A stretch of DNA of 64,000 nucleotides from Perkinsela sp. CCAP 1560/9. Its lineage: Eukaryota; Protista; Euglenozoa: Kinetoplastea. The position numbers and the translations under genes are program-made. Positions 8,608-19,729 of the stretch are shown here, piece by piece. The DNA lies in the NCBI GenBank assembly GCA_965644495.1, contig CBFFSA010000002.1, positions 558,001-622,000 of the forward strand, given 5' to 3'. Every line of letters begins with the position of its first letter. The first letter of the stretch is position 1. Below the pieces are notes generated by a model. That model did not search any database. It had not been told where the DNA came from and saw only the letters and a program-made list of their open reading frames with translations.

Positions 8608-11600
8608 ATGAGGGAGGCTGATTCATGCGGCTCGATGACGATACCAGAAGATGACCTTTTTGCCCAAGAGGAGAAAACACACACGCCAGGCTCCTGGGAC
8701 CAATTTGAGGGTAATCAGCATCTTATCGCTGCAACTAGTACATATGATGAATCCCTCTACACGACGCCAATATTACACCGGCCTGGCAAGACAAAATGGA
8801 AACGGCACTACATTCTTTGCACCGAGAGCAGACACCTGACACGGGGATGATTTTATCGGCAGACGAAGAGAGAAATCATTCCAGCGTATCAAGGGACTGT
8901 GCCCCCAATACGTCTGGCAAAGGTCAAGAAGTAACAAGCCAAACCCCAGAGCGGTACGAACCACATTCCATGGCCACAGCGAGGCTTCTCCTACGAAAAA
9001 GCCCTCTTTCTAGCCAAAAGTCGACGCCCAAAATTTTCGAGAGAGGGGTTAGTAAAGATTCCAAGACTCGCCAACCAGCTAGACGAGACACAATGAGACG
9101 TCGCACCTGTCCAGTCGAAGTGTGCAACTGGAGCACCGCAGCACACGGAGGGAAGTGGCAGGCCTACTACCATCACGTCGCAAGCCAACATAGCGATACT
9201 GTGCCTTCGGAATGGTGGGAAAAAGAAGGACGTTTCTTATGCCCCTCATGCGGCAAGCACTATGATCACAATAAAAAAGCTTCCCATGAGGAAAAATGTC
9301 AAGACTCCTTTAGCTCTTACACCTCGTCGCTAACCTGTGAGCCAGAAACCGAAGAGGCTTCCATTTCCCAAATTTACAAGGATTCGCTCCCGTCTCTTGA
9401 TTATGTCTGCTCTTACGCCATCAACACATGCAAAGATGTACCATTCCGATGCAGACAACAGTGGGCCTCCGTTTTGACCCAAACAATGGCTGCAGTGGTT
9501 AGAGAGAACTCGGTTGAGGCCTGGACACGCTTAGCGATGCTCCCAAAATGTGTCCTGCCCGCGCCCAAAAGAGGGGGACGAAAAGGAAATTCGTCCTATA
9601 CCACGAAAACGAGCCAACGCATGGATCGCTGGGAATCCAGGGAATACGCGGCACTGTGGAACGAATCTGTTGCGCAAATGGTAAAGAAGCGGGAGAGGAA
9701 CGACGATGAGGAAGTGGACGAGTCCGGCAAGGCGGCGAAACGAGCCGAGTTGCTGGCCAGACAAGGGGAGTTTTCCCGTGCGATGGCAGCTCTTACAGCA
9801 GCACCGATGGCACCTGAATCCGAAGAAACTTACGAAAAACTCCAATCGAAGCACCCAGGTAGATTGCCTTTATCATCTTCAGTCACATTCCGTCCATAGA
9901 AGGAGAGCCTTTACATCTATCCGAAGGCGAAGTTGAAAAGGCACTACGCAGTTTCCGGCGCGGAACATCGGCTGGCACCATGGGCCTCCGCCCTGAGCAT
10001 CTCCAGAGCGCCTTAGCAGCACACCCTGACGACAAGGTACAGCCGCTTTTCTATCTCAAGGAAGTCATGAACCTCTTGCTGTCCGGGAAAGGTTGTCTCC
10101 AAGTCCAGAAGTTCTTCGGCGGCGCCAGACTATGTGCCTTAGAAAAGGGAGAAAATGATGTCCGTCCTATTGCTGCCGGCGAAACAATAAGGCGACTTGT
10201 GAGCAAAGCGGCCTGCTCCGCAGTAAAGGAAAAGGCAAGCAAACTACTCTGGCCTCATCAATACGGAGTCGCAACACCTGCAGGGGCCGAACGCCTGATC
10301 CACCTGTGTAGGCACGTGATGGCCTCTCAGGCGGGAAGTTCTGATTTCACGCTATGTAAAGTGGATCTGCGAAATGCCTTTAACAACATCTCAAGAACTG
10401 CCTTTGCTGCACTTATGAGGGAGCACTTCCCGGAGCTCTCCCAGTGGGTTGAATGGTGTTACACCACCGAGAGTATTCTCACTTACGGTTTCCGTCAGAT
10501 TTCTTCAAAGGAGGGTGTGCAACAAGGGGATCCGTTGGGTCCTTTACTTTTTTCCCTCGTCATGCAACTGGTTACTACCGAGATAGATCGACAACTTCCT
10601 GGTCTTCTTAAGCTTAATCTGTGGTATTTGGATGACGGCATTCTCGGGGGGAAGGCTCACGACGTCAGACGAGCTTTAGACATCATCGAACGAGTCGGCC
10701 CACAGTGGGGCATCTTCCTAAACGCCAGCAAGTGCGAGGCGATTACACATCCTGAATCCGCCGAACACTTGGACAGCTTCGACAACATCCCGACGACTAA
10801 AAAGACAAGCGAGGGAAATTTTTCAATTTTATGTAGCCCTGTAGGAACGACTGATTTCTGCACAGAATTTCTCCGTGAACACACCCTGTTGCCTGCTGAA
10901 GAATCCCTAGCCGCGATCGAATACATGGAAGACCCGCAAGTTTCCCTCGCACTCATCCGACAATGTGCTGGTTTCAGCCAAATGGCATATTCTCTTAGAA
11001 CCACACCCACCAATTCCGTCCATGAGCTATGCGAAGAACTTGACACAGCAATACTGCATACCACGGAACGCTCTATATGTCCTTTAAATGAAGACGCTGC
11101 CGCACAAGTACAACGTCCAAAATCTTATGGTGGATTCGGGCTGCGCTCTTCAGCGATGCATGCCTCATCGGCGTACGTTTCCTCAGTCTCTTTCGCAGCG
11201 GATAAGGACAACTGGAACTCCCTCGACGCAAAAGATTTTGCTGATGCAATACTGGACGTCAATTCACGAGCGGGCACCAGCGTCCTGGAAGAGAAAACCG
11301 GTCTAATTTCCCCTCAGCACGCTTCCTCTCTCTCTCACCTCAAAAAAGTACTGGGTCTCCGTGGATCAAAACGACCTCTCCCGGCGAATCTTTCCGTAGC
11401 ACCACCCGGAGACACGACGACCACTTACTTTGAACAAACGAAACTCGACCACGAATTTTCATCTTCCAACGACCGAGTCGCACGCCAAAAGGTGCTCAGC
11501 CGTGCAATTTCTTCCCGCGAGTACACCGATGCATATCAGAAAGCTGATCCTCAAACGAGGGCACGTTGGATATCTCAATCTGGAAAAGGGGCAGGTGACT

Positions 11601-12432
11601 GGCTGTTTGTCACGCCCTCCAGGGAAAAGGGGCACGCCTTTACTAAAACGGAGTTTCGCACCCTGTGCACCTGGTGGCTAGGACAAAAAGTATATCCAGA
11701 AACACACCCCTGTCCCGTCTCAGGATGCACGCTTCCGATGGGACCACAAGGAGACCACGCATTGGTCTGTAAACACGACTACGGGATCTCGGCGAGGCAT
11801 AATGCCTTGGCCCTCCAGTTCTTTGACGTTTGTCAAAAGGCCAATTTGTCTCCGAAAAGGGAGCACAGCCTCGGCAACAGAGGTCCAGGGGGGCACTCAC
11901 AAGACCAGGGGATGTGTTCCTTCCGAGCTACACGCTCGGTAAAGGCCTTGTCTTTGATTTTGCGGTGACCCACGTCCAGCAACAGAAATATACGGACCTG
12001 GTCCGTTCTGCTGGCATGGTAGCTGCAGGGGCCTTCGCAGAGAAATATGCGACGAACCACAAGCGTGGACAAAGGCAAGAGGCTCTAGAGGCCGGACATG
12101 ATTTCACCGCCATGGTAGTGGAATCGTACGGATCATGGAGTCCGACGTCCCTCCATATGCTGAAGAAGATCGCGGGAAAAAGAGCCGCAGCATGTAAGGG
12201 TGATATGTCCGAGCAAACGTCAATGTTTTTTCTTCTCCAGGACATGAACGTTACGCTCATGCGGTCTCAGGCACGAATGCTTGTAAGACGCATGGCAGAC
12301 GTGGATATCCATGCCAGTCTCGCTTTACTGCACGAGGCACCCTCTGACACCACACCGAATCGTGCCAGCTGCGGACCGGCAGGAGCGATCGAGCCTACAG
12401 TGCCTATTCTCACGCCTCGCCTTCGAGAGTGA
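8608..12432 (+). pseudogene. Unit 4 polyprotein (LsmAD-like, zinc fingers, RT, CCHC, RLE), frameshifts near 8770, 9900 and 11890
   Basis: ORFs 8566-8850, 8796-9899, 9980-11968 and 11830-12432; WDQFEGN..STYDESLYTT at the N-terminus. Confidence 0.85.
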
Positions 12433-12957
12433 GGTACCCCAATGTGAGATAGGTAGGGATTCGGACTGACAGTCCTATTTCAGCACGAAGACACCATGGT
12501 ATCCAGGACGGGTGCTGGTCGGGTCGACAGAGTCTATACTCACGCCTAGCCCGCGAGGGCTAGGTACCCCAAGTGAGGTAGCACACGGGTAGTGAATCTC
12601 CTCCCCGTCGGCCAGCATCCTGTTTCGTGACCGTGTCGCTGTCGACACAGGCCCGCGCCTGCGCCCTCCCATATAACAAGGGAAGGGTTCACAAGTCAGG
12701 CCGTGGAGAGGTCGAAAGACCCGGTCCGGAACGCGCGAATGGATTGGGCATGGATTGCTTGTTTTAATTTTTACTGTTTTTCTTGTTTGTAGTATATACT
12801 TAGGGGAGACTAAATTGCTAGTTTTGGGCTGAGAAAAAAGGTACATCTGTGGAAAGAAAAAGAATTGCTAATTTGATTGCTTGTTTTCAACTCGTATCCC
12901 CCCCCCCAAAAAAAAAAGATCAACCTTTTTGTAAGCAAAAAAAAAAAAGAAACATCA

Positions 12958-13660
12958 AGCCGCTCGCATGTAGTGTAGAGCCGCTGTTGTTACAGCGTTG
13001 AGCCACTCATGCTGATGGAATGGAGCGTTGAGCCGCTGTCAATACAGCGTTGAGCCGCTCGCATGTAGTGTAGAACCGCTGTTGATACAGCGTTGAGCCA
13101 CTCATGCTGGTGGAATGGAGCGTTGAGCCGCTGTTGATACAGCGTTGAGCCGCTCGCATGTAGTGTAGAGCCGCTGTTGATACAGCGTTGAGCCGCTCGC
13201 ATGTAGTGTAGAGCCGCTGTTGTTACAGCGTTGAGCCACTCATGCTGATGGAATGGAGCGTTGAGCCGCTGTCAATACAGCGTTGAGCCGCTCGCATGTA
13301 GTGTAGAGCCGCTGTTGATACAGCGTTGAGCCACTCATGCTGATGGAATGGAGCGTTGAGCCGCTGTCAATACAGCGTTGAGCCGCTCGCATGTAGTGTA
13401 GAGCCGCTGTTGATACAGCGTTGAGCCACTCATGCTGATGAAATGGAGCGTTGAGCCGCTGTTGATACAGCGTTGAGCCGCTCGCATGTAGTGTAGAGCC
13501 GCTGTTGATACAGCGTTGAGCCACTCATGCTGATGAAATGGAGCGTTGAGCCGCTGTTAATACAGCGTTGAGCCGCTCGCATGTAGTGTAGATCCGCTGT
13601 TGTTACGGCGTTGAGCCACCCAAAGCCGGTTGAGTCGCTGCACGAAACAGTGTTGAGCTA
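12958..13660. repeat. Compound minisatellite of alternating 43-bp and 52-bp units (95-bp higher-order unit)
   Basis: Core CAGCGTTGAGCC(G/A)CT; recurrent mini-hairpin GCTGT-TGAT-ACAGC. Confidence 0.95.
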
Positions 13661-13807
13661 CTCTATGGTGCATGCAACAGTGTGAATATAAAAAGGAAGG
13701 GATCTGTCATTTCAATGGAAAATGGGAAGACATAAAGGAAAATACGGGGGGTTTCAGGCCTGCCTGGCACTTGTGGGCTTGTCCTCGTTATCTAGGTATC
13801 TACGGAG

Positions 13808-16798
13808 ATGGTTTGCTTGTTGTTGCTTGTTGTTTATTTTCCCCTACTTTTACGACCCTTCATGACCTCGCCACATGCCAGAAGTGGGGAAATCTCACAG
13901 GCGTTGCAGGACTCTCATAAGAGACTAGGCAACGTAACTAGCCGATCCGCCACCTCTCTGACAGGTGCTGAACGCGAGGCCAAGGAACATGCAGCTCAAC
14001 ATGCAAACTCCTACCGAGTCAGCTCCAAAGCTCCTATGAGAGGTTCACTGAAAACAAACACTGAAAAGAAGGAAACCGCAATAAATACGACCCGGCGATG
14101 TAAACATACTTGTAAGGAGAAAACAAAATGCGGCCATCCCTGCTGCAAGACTGCGCCGAATCCGCCGTCCACTCAGCCCCTTAACATTTCACAATGCAAG
14201 CATCCCTGCAAAGACAAGAGTCTGTGCGGCCACCCATGTTGTAAACGACATCTTCTTCCTACCTGTGTTCCCGAAGATAGTACCACACATGTATCCCAAG
14301 GGAATACTGTTACCGATGTAACGAGGAGGACGGAAACAAACACAATGTCCTCTGAAGCCCCACCATCTGAAGGAGTAAAGGATGTACCTGAACCTATCGC
14401 CCCGTGCAAACATATCTGCAAGGATAAGGCGAATTGCGGGCACCCCTGTTGTAAACGTCACCTCCACACCACTTGTACGAGCGCCGGTAGTGCACCTAGA
14501 CTAGATCCACAAAGCAGTACGCGCGACAATGGGAGTCAAAATCTGGCAGGAGACTCTGGGGGCTTTATGGTGAAAGTACTGCGCCACTTGACCAAGCCCA
14601 TATTTCAATGTGCGGGCAAACCCCAAACTGCGCAGAACTCCTCGAACACGGAAGTGTTTTCACCCAGCGGCAGATCCACAAGCGAGGGCTCCAACCACTA
14701 CGAACGCTCAAGGAAACACGTCGAGGGAGAAATGTCGGCGAAGAGAAAATTGATTGCCCCAGGAATCGCAAGATCAAACAGCGACAACCCTGCTACAACG
14801 CATGCCAACAGAGCTGATCAGCGTGAAGCAAGTAAGGTGCCCACCTTTCGGAAATCCCCTTCTTCTCCTCCGGAAGGAAAACAACATACTATCTCCTCAA
14901 CAGCTATCAATCTTGCGTATGAATTATGTAAAGGCCTCCTTGGCATCCCTCCCCCGGAAGCACGAGCGAAACCACCGCCTCTCAGAAAGATGACTCCCAA
15001 GACCGTAAACCGAGGGTCCCAACTATCTCCCAAGCGAGAATCTCCCGAATTCGCTATAGAAAAGCTGCAGGAAGGACCGATATTGCGCCTCAGCGCTCGA
15101 CAGCCCGAACCAGAGCCTCAGAACCCATACAATCTACCATGTAAACATCCCTGTAAGGACAAAACCACGTGTGGCCACCTTTGCTGCAAAAGAGGGCTTA
15201 CCCCTGGCATCACAACATCGTCACCCGCACGTATCTCTTCCTCTGATACCGAAAAGCACCCCCCAGACCGGATAACTGATGAACCATATCGCGACCATCC
15301 CAGCAGCACGCCCGAGCACGACGCAGGGGTGGACACTTCCGACAACTCCAAAGCAGAGAAAGTCCCGTACCTCCCTGCCCCTTTATCGCCGCCACAGAAT
15401 CTTTCGATAGTGCCGGAGTCCTGGAACGTCTCGTTCACGCCTAGTCCCACACGCCGCGGCGTAGAGAAACTACTTATTAATCGTATAAAGTCACCCCACC
15501 ATACCGACGACTCAGAAGGACTCTTGACAGAACCACCGTTCCCTCTCTGCACTGCGGACGACGAAGTTCCGGAATGGGTATTCGAGAAGGTCCCTCACGA
15601 CGTGCCTTCTGGGAATTCGGGGGTCCCTGTAGAAAGACGTCGCTCGACAGAGAAAGGGAAACAATGCCTACATTTTATACAATCCCGATCAAAGCCTCTG
15701 AAACTTCGCCTAGCAAGTGCCCAAGAATGGTTATATTTTCCGGACGTACGAGCTGCCTGCGAAAGTCAAATCACACGCAGCAGGATTAGCTCCCTGCAGG
15801 GAGCGCAGGCAGCCATTTCGAAGGCGCTGAACTCTGGCAACCCCACGCACGACATCATAGTAAGAGGATGTTCCGTAGAAGAACTGATGGACCATGGGGC
15901 GTGCGATTTCATTACAATTCACAAAGTCGGAAGCCCGGACAAGTCTTCGCGCCACTCCAGTTGGGTATCTCTGTACCAGGATGCAGCCCTAAAACTTTCA
16001 GATTACTATTCCTCTCCGGGTACTCTCAGTAAAGCCGTTCTTAAGAGACTAAACGGCTCCGAAATTCCCGGGCTTGCAGATTATGTGATAACCCTACATC
16101 GACACACACCCATCGACGAAACTCCGCCGGTCTTAGAAGCTATTCCGGAGCTTCCAGCATATCGCATAGCAGACCCACCCAGTCGTGTACCCTCTTTGCA
16201 ATCCTTTGCACAACCCTGCCGCCACACCTGCCGCGACAAACTCGGGTGTGCTCATCGTTGCTGTAAAGTCTTCGGTCCCGCTGCTCCTCCAACTGCAGGT
16301 TCCACTGCCGCCGAGACCAGCTCTGCCCAGGAATCCAAAGTACCTCGCTCGGCGGTTCCACCAGACCTGCAGGAGTATAAAGAACAGGATCTCGATTACC
16401 TACTCCGAACAGCCAGGTACATCCAAGGGGGAAAGATATGTATCAACTTAACGGACGCACAGTGGCACGACGTTGAGACCAAGGCTCTCAAAAGGTGTAG
16501 TGCATTACTCACTCCTGAACAAGACATAGATTCCGCCGTTAGGAACGCCGAACTCCTGAGCTCCATACTATCTGTCTCTACCTACGAGGTTGCTCGCGAC
16601 GTGAATCCCACGAAAGGCTTTTTAATCCGCACAAAGAAAGGTCACGCAAAGACCCGATGCAGACCCTTGGAAAGCGAAAAAATAGCCTCGTCCTTCTCCC
16701 GGCACCTAAAAGAACTGCAGACAAAACTACGCTATACACATGGAAAGGCAGACAGGAACGCCTTAAAACGAACGATCAAGGAAACCAAAAAAAGGTGA
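13808..16798 (+). CDS. Long N-terminal ORF with five CxHxCK(D/E)KxxCGHxCCK motifs
   Basis: Motifs start at 14099, 14195, 14405, 15140 and 16217; probably joined to the RT ORF before lesions at 16790-16940. Confidence 0.8.
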   Translation: MVCLLLLVVYFPLLLRPFMTSPHARSGEISQALQDSHKRLGNVTSRSATSLTGAEREAKEHAAQHANSYRVSSKAPMRGSLKTNTEKKETAINTTRRCKHTCKEKTKCGHPCCKTAPNPPSTQPLNISQCKHPCKDKSLCGHPCCKRHLLPTCVPEDSTTHVSQGNTVTDVTRRTETNTMSSEAPPSEGVKDVPEPIAPCKHICKDKANCGHPCCKRHLHTTCTSAGSAPRLDPQSSTRDNGSQNLAGDSGGFMVKVLRHLTKPIFQCAGKPQTAQNSSNTEVFSPSGRSTSEGSNHYERSRKHVEGEMSAKRKLIAPGIARSNSDNPATTHANRADQREASKVPTFRKSPSSPPEGKQHTISSTAINLAYELCKGLLGIPPPEARAKPPPLRKMTPKTVNRGSQLSPKRESPEFAIEKLQEGPILRLSARQPEPEPQNPYNLPCKHPCKDKTTCGHLCCKRGLTPGITTSSPARISSSDTEKHPPDRITDEPYRDHPSSTPEHDAGVDTSDNSKAEKVPYLPAPLSPPQNLSIVPESWNVSFTPSPTRRGVEKLLINRIKSPHHTDDSEGLLTEPPFPLCTADDEVPEWVFEKVPHDVPSGNSGVPVERRRSTEKGKQCLHFIQSRSKPLKLRLASAQEWLYFPDVRAACESQITRSRISSLQGAQAAISKALNSGNPTHDIIVRGCSVEELMDHGACDFITIHKVGSPDKSSRHSSWVSLYQDAALKLSDYYSSPGTLSKAVLKRLNGSEIPGLADYVITLHRHTPIDETPPVLEAIPELPAYRIADPPSRVPSLQSFAQPCRHTCRDKLGCAHRCCKVFGPAAPPTAGSTAAETSSAQESKVPRSAVPPDLQEYKEQDLDYLLRTARYIQGGKICINLTDAQWHDVETKALKRCSALLTPEQDIDSAVRNAELLSSILSVSTYEVARDVNPTKGFLIRTKKGHAKTRCRPLESEKIASSFSRHLKELQTKLRYTHGKADRNALKRTIKETKKR

Positions 16799-16964
16799 AA
16801 GGGTTTATCATGCGGAGGCCACCGCACAGCGGCAAACACTCGAACAACGCCGGGCACTGAAACGCTTTAACAGAAACCCATGGACCGCCGCTAGCGAAAC
16901 ATTGGACAAACCTCGGTCTTGAAACATCGGTCTTGAAGCCCCAGCCTCCTATCCTACATGCGAT

Positions 16965-19355
16965 GTGCACAGCGTGGAAAAGCACTTTGGTGATACACTT
17001 TCTGCTCCTTCAGAGGAATACCACATTCCTCCGTCTGACTCGCTTGGGACCCGTCCTCTTGTCGACATGTCATGGGAAGAGCTGACCCCGACCGAAATAT
17101 CCGACGCTCTAATCTCGAAAAGGAATGGCAGTGCCCCAGGTCAAGACACCATCACATATACCATCCTAAAACGGTGTCACAGCGTACACTCACACATCGC
17201 TACAGTCTTCAACGCGTTGCTCAAGTATCGCACTTGCCCACCTTCCTGGAAATGCTCTGTTACCCGCCTAATTCATAAAAATGGAGCTCACGATCAACCC
17301 CAAAACTGGCGCCCCATCAGTCTCATCAGTGTTCTAGCTAAGCTTCTCCATTCGATCATAAGTCGCAAAATAAACCGCCATCTGGTCGAGGCAGCAGTAA
17401 TTGATCCATCAATCCGAAAGGGTTTCCTACCGGCCATCAACGGGACACTGGAACACACTCAGACGCTGGATGCAATCTTGCAGCACTACAGAAAGAACAA
17501 GCTCCAATACTGCTTAGCCCAACTGGACCTATCCAACGCATTCGGTTCAGTCCCACACAATGTTATATTTGAGGCGATGCAATGGGCCAAGATCTCCCCG
17601 ACTCTCCTCGGGTACATCAGTAGTTTATATAACGGAGCGTCTACGCAAATAAAGTGTTATGAAGGTCTCTCCTCTACAATTCCTGTGCAACGTGGGGTAC
17701 TCCAAGGCGACACCCTCTCCCCGTCTATATTCCTTATCGTCATGGAAGTAGTACTGCGTTATATGACACTTAACTTTCCCGCGTACGGACTCGATCTGCC
17801 AGGCAATGCGAAATGCTTTATAAAGGCCTACGCTGACGATCTCACTGTCCTCACCAGCAACCCGAAGGAGTCACAAATCGCACTTGGAGCCCTATCCTCA
17901 ATCCTCCGCAAAATAGGTTTATCTATAAACGTGAAAAAGAGTAGGGTACAATGCATGGCCGTGCGACCGGACGATGAACACCCAGGTTACATGACACGCC
18001 GTCCACAAATTCTGGTCAATCACATTCCCATTCCCCAAATCTGTGATGCAGGTAGCACCTTTCTGGGCATGATCATCGCCCCTGGAGCACAACAGTCCCG
18101 TGCGCTGTTCATGAAGCTACGTCCTCTCATTAATTCATGGCTCAGAAATATCGATAAGAGCGCCCACGACCTCCCTTCGCGACTATGGATATATCAGCAT
18201 GCCATTATCTCCCGCTTGCGCTTCTCGCTTACGATCCACCCGTGCATCACTATGAACTTTGTCCTCCGACTCCAGAAACTCTGTACCAACTTCCTGCGGC
18301 GTTGGATTAACGTGGCGCGTGGCTCTAGTCCCGAAGCAATTTACTCATCGCGCGGCTGGGGACTGAGGAGCCTGTCGCAACTGTGGCATGAATGTACTGC
18401 AGACCTTATGTGCCAGTTAAAGAAATCCAAAGATCCGGCTGCCGCAGCTGTGCTTCGGAACAAAATACGGGAAGAAGAGGAGAGACGCTTGAAAGGACAA
18501 ATACGGCCCGCAACTCACATAACGCACTGCTTGAACGACCGATCTCGCGCCAGGAAAACTCTCATTGACCTGAACGAGGAGCGTATGATTAACGCTCTGC
18601 GACGCCGCACCACGGTTGCCATACAGTGGTGGGACACGAACACGGAGGAAGATCAGGCGAAAGATTTTGCAGCTGCCATTAACGGCCTTAGGAGCACTTC
18701 ACTGAGCAGATTCGCTACACATGTGATGGTCCAAGCCCCACTTCCTACCCGGACCATGCTCAGAACATGGGGGAAGAATGGTGCAAATAGTGTGTCTTGC
18801 CGTATCTGCAACTCAGCACCCGAAACCTTAAGGCACCTGCTCTCAGGTTGCAGGACATCCTTAGACCAAGGACGCTACACGTATCGACATGACAGAGTGT
18901 TGAGCGTCCTTGCGAACGCGATCGTCGGCTCCCCCAACACCTCCTGGGCCTCATTCGACCTCGAGGGCCTCCGTAACCTCCCAAGTTGGTGGGCAGACCT
19001 AGAAACCACTCGGCGTCCAGATGGCCTGGTCAGGCTTCACGATGGAACTGAATTTATCGTTGAACTGACCGTACCCTGGGAAGACAACATCGCGGAGGCA
19101 CACTGCCGCAAAACGGAAAAATATCAGAATATATTGCATCGCCGCAGGATGGATCACCCGAACACACATCTGCTGTGTATGGAGGTGGGTGTAAGAGGAT
19201 TGCCGGCTTCCTCTCTTCGGCAGGTAGCCCGCCTTTTTGGGAGTGACAAAGGGCTGTCCACGGAATGCCAACTTGAAGCCATACGCGAAGCAATTCGTAG
19301 TAGCTTTGTTATTTGGCTAAACCGGGAATCACCCGACTGGAAAGGGGGCGGCTAG
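16965..19355 (+). CDS. Reverse transcriptase + CCHC + RLE endonuclease
   Basis: Motifs as listed for the element; reading frame open for 796 aa. Confidence 0.92.
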   Translation: MHSVEKHFGDTLSAPSEEYHIPPSDSLGTRPLVDMSWEELTPTEISDALISKRNGSAPGQDTITYTILKRCHSVHSHIATVFNALLKYRTCPPSWKCSVTRLIHKNGAHDQPQNWRPISLISVLAKLLHSIISRKINRHLVEAAVIDPSIRKGFLPAINGTLEHTQTLDAILQHYRKNKLQYCLAQLDLSNAFGSVPHNVIFEAMQWAKISPTLLGYISSLYNGASTQIKCYEGLSSTIPVQRGVLQGDTLSPSIFLIVMEVVLRYMTLNFPAYGLDLPGNAKCFIKAYADDLTVLTSNPKESQIALGALSSILRKIGLSINVKKSRVQCMAVRPDDEHPGYMTRRPQILVNHIPIPQICDAGSTFLGMIIAPGAQQSRALFMKLRPLINSWLRNIDKSAHDLPSRLWIYQHAIISRLRFSLTIHPCITMNFVLRLQKLCTNFLRRWINVARGSSPEAIYSSRGWGLRSLSQLWHECTADLMCQLKKSKDPAAAAVLRNKIREEEERRLKGQIRPATHITHCLNDRSRARKTLIDLNEERMINALRRRTTVAIQWWDTNTEEDQAKDFAAAINGLRSTSLSRFATHVMVQAPLPTRTMLRTWGKNGANSVSCRICNSAPETLRHLLSGCRTSLDQGRYTYRHDRVLSVLANAIVGSPNTSWASFDLEGLRNLPSWWADLETTRRPDGLVRLHDGTEFIVELTVPWEDNIAEAHCRKTEKYQNILHRRRMDHPNTHLLCMEVGVRGLPASSLRQVARLFGSDKGLSTECQLEAIREAIRSSFVIWLNRESPDWKGGG

Positions 19356-19729
19356 GCTAGTAAAACAGCCTATGCGGGGTCGTCGTATGCGACCGTAGCA
19401 TAGGTAGAAATTTACCTCTGCAGATCTAAATATGATTCTGCATTCAATAAACACAATGGTAGGGTTGGTTACCCTAGTCTAGACGCAGCCTAGTAAGGGG
19501 TCACCAACCCATCATTATCACGGCGTAGTATACACGCCTTGGCAGGCCTGGCACCGAGTAGACGAGAAAAAAAAAGGAGGAAAAAATAAGGATGATTCGA
19601 TTAAGACATAGTCTAAGCATCGTGCGTATTTGCATGTATTGGCAACATTATTTCCTTTTAAAATTTATTTTAATCATGATGCGCCGAAAGGGGTCGGCTT
19701 CAAGCTAAGAAGGCGTTAATCAAATTGAT

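Larger units (their letters stand above)
8536..12917 (+). mobile_element. Full-length CRE-clade non-LTR retrotransposon (unit 4), frameshifted
   Basis: SL head; RT (DLRNAFN, GVQQGDPLGPLLF, WYLDDG); CCHC; RLE RPGDVFLP..FDFAVTH; structured 3' UTR; C10-A10 end. Confidence 0.92.
13808..19575 (+). mobile_element. RLE-type non-LTR retrotransposon, HERO/NeSL-like, with poly(A) tail
   Basis: RT (WRPISL, LDLSNAFGSVPH, GVLQGDTLSP, YADD), CRIC..ETLRHLLSGC..GRYTYRHDRVL, RPD..ELTVPWE..KTEKY..EVGVRG; A-tail 19567-19575. Confidence 0.9.

Noticed and set aside
147-12260. Numerous antisense and alternate-frame ORFs over the retroelements
   Set aside because: Shadows of GC-rich coding sequence with no motifs
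12400-12465. TPP riboswitch or HDV ribozyme (TGAG..ACCC..GTAGGGA)
   Set aside because: Other copies of the motif lose TGAG, and no HDV P1/P3/J4-2 arrangement could be built
1-12917. HeT-A/TART-like telomeric retrotransposon array
   Set aside because: No telomeric repeats or chromosome-end information in the window; SL targeting explains the stacking; not excluded but unsupported
12958-13660. CRISPR-like array
   Set aside because: The intervening sequences are themselves repeated (two alternating types), there are no cas genes, and the context is eukaryotic
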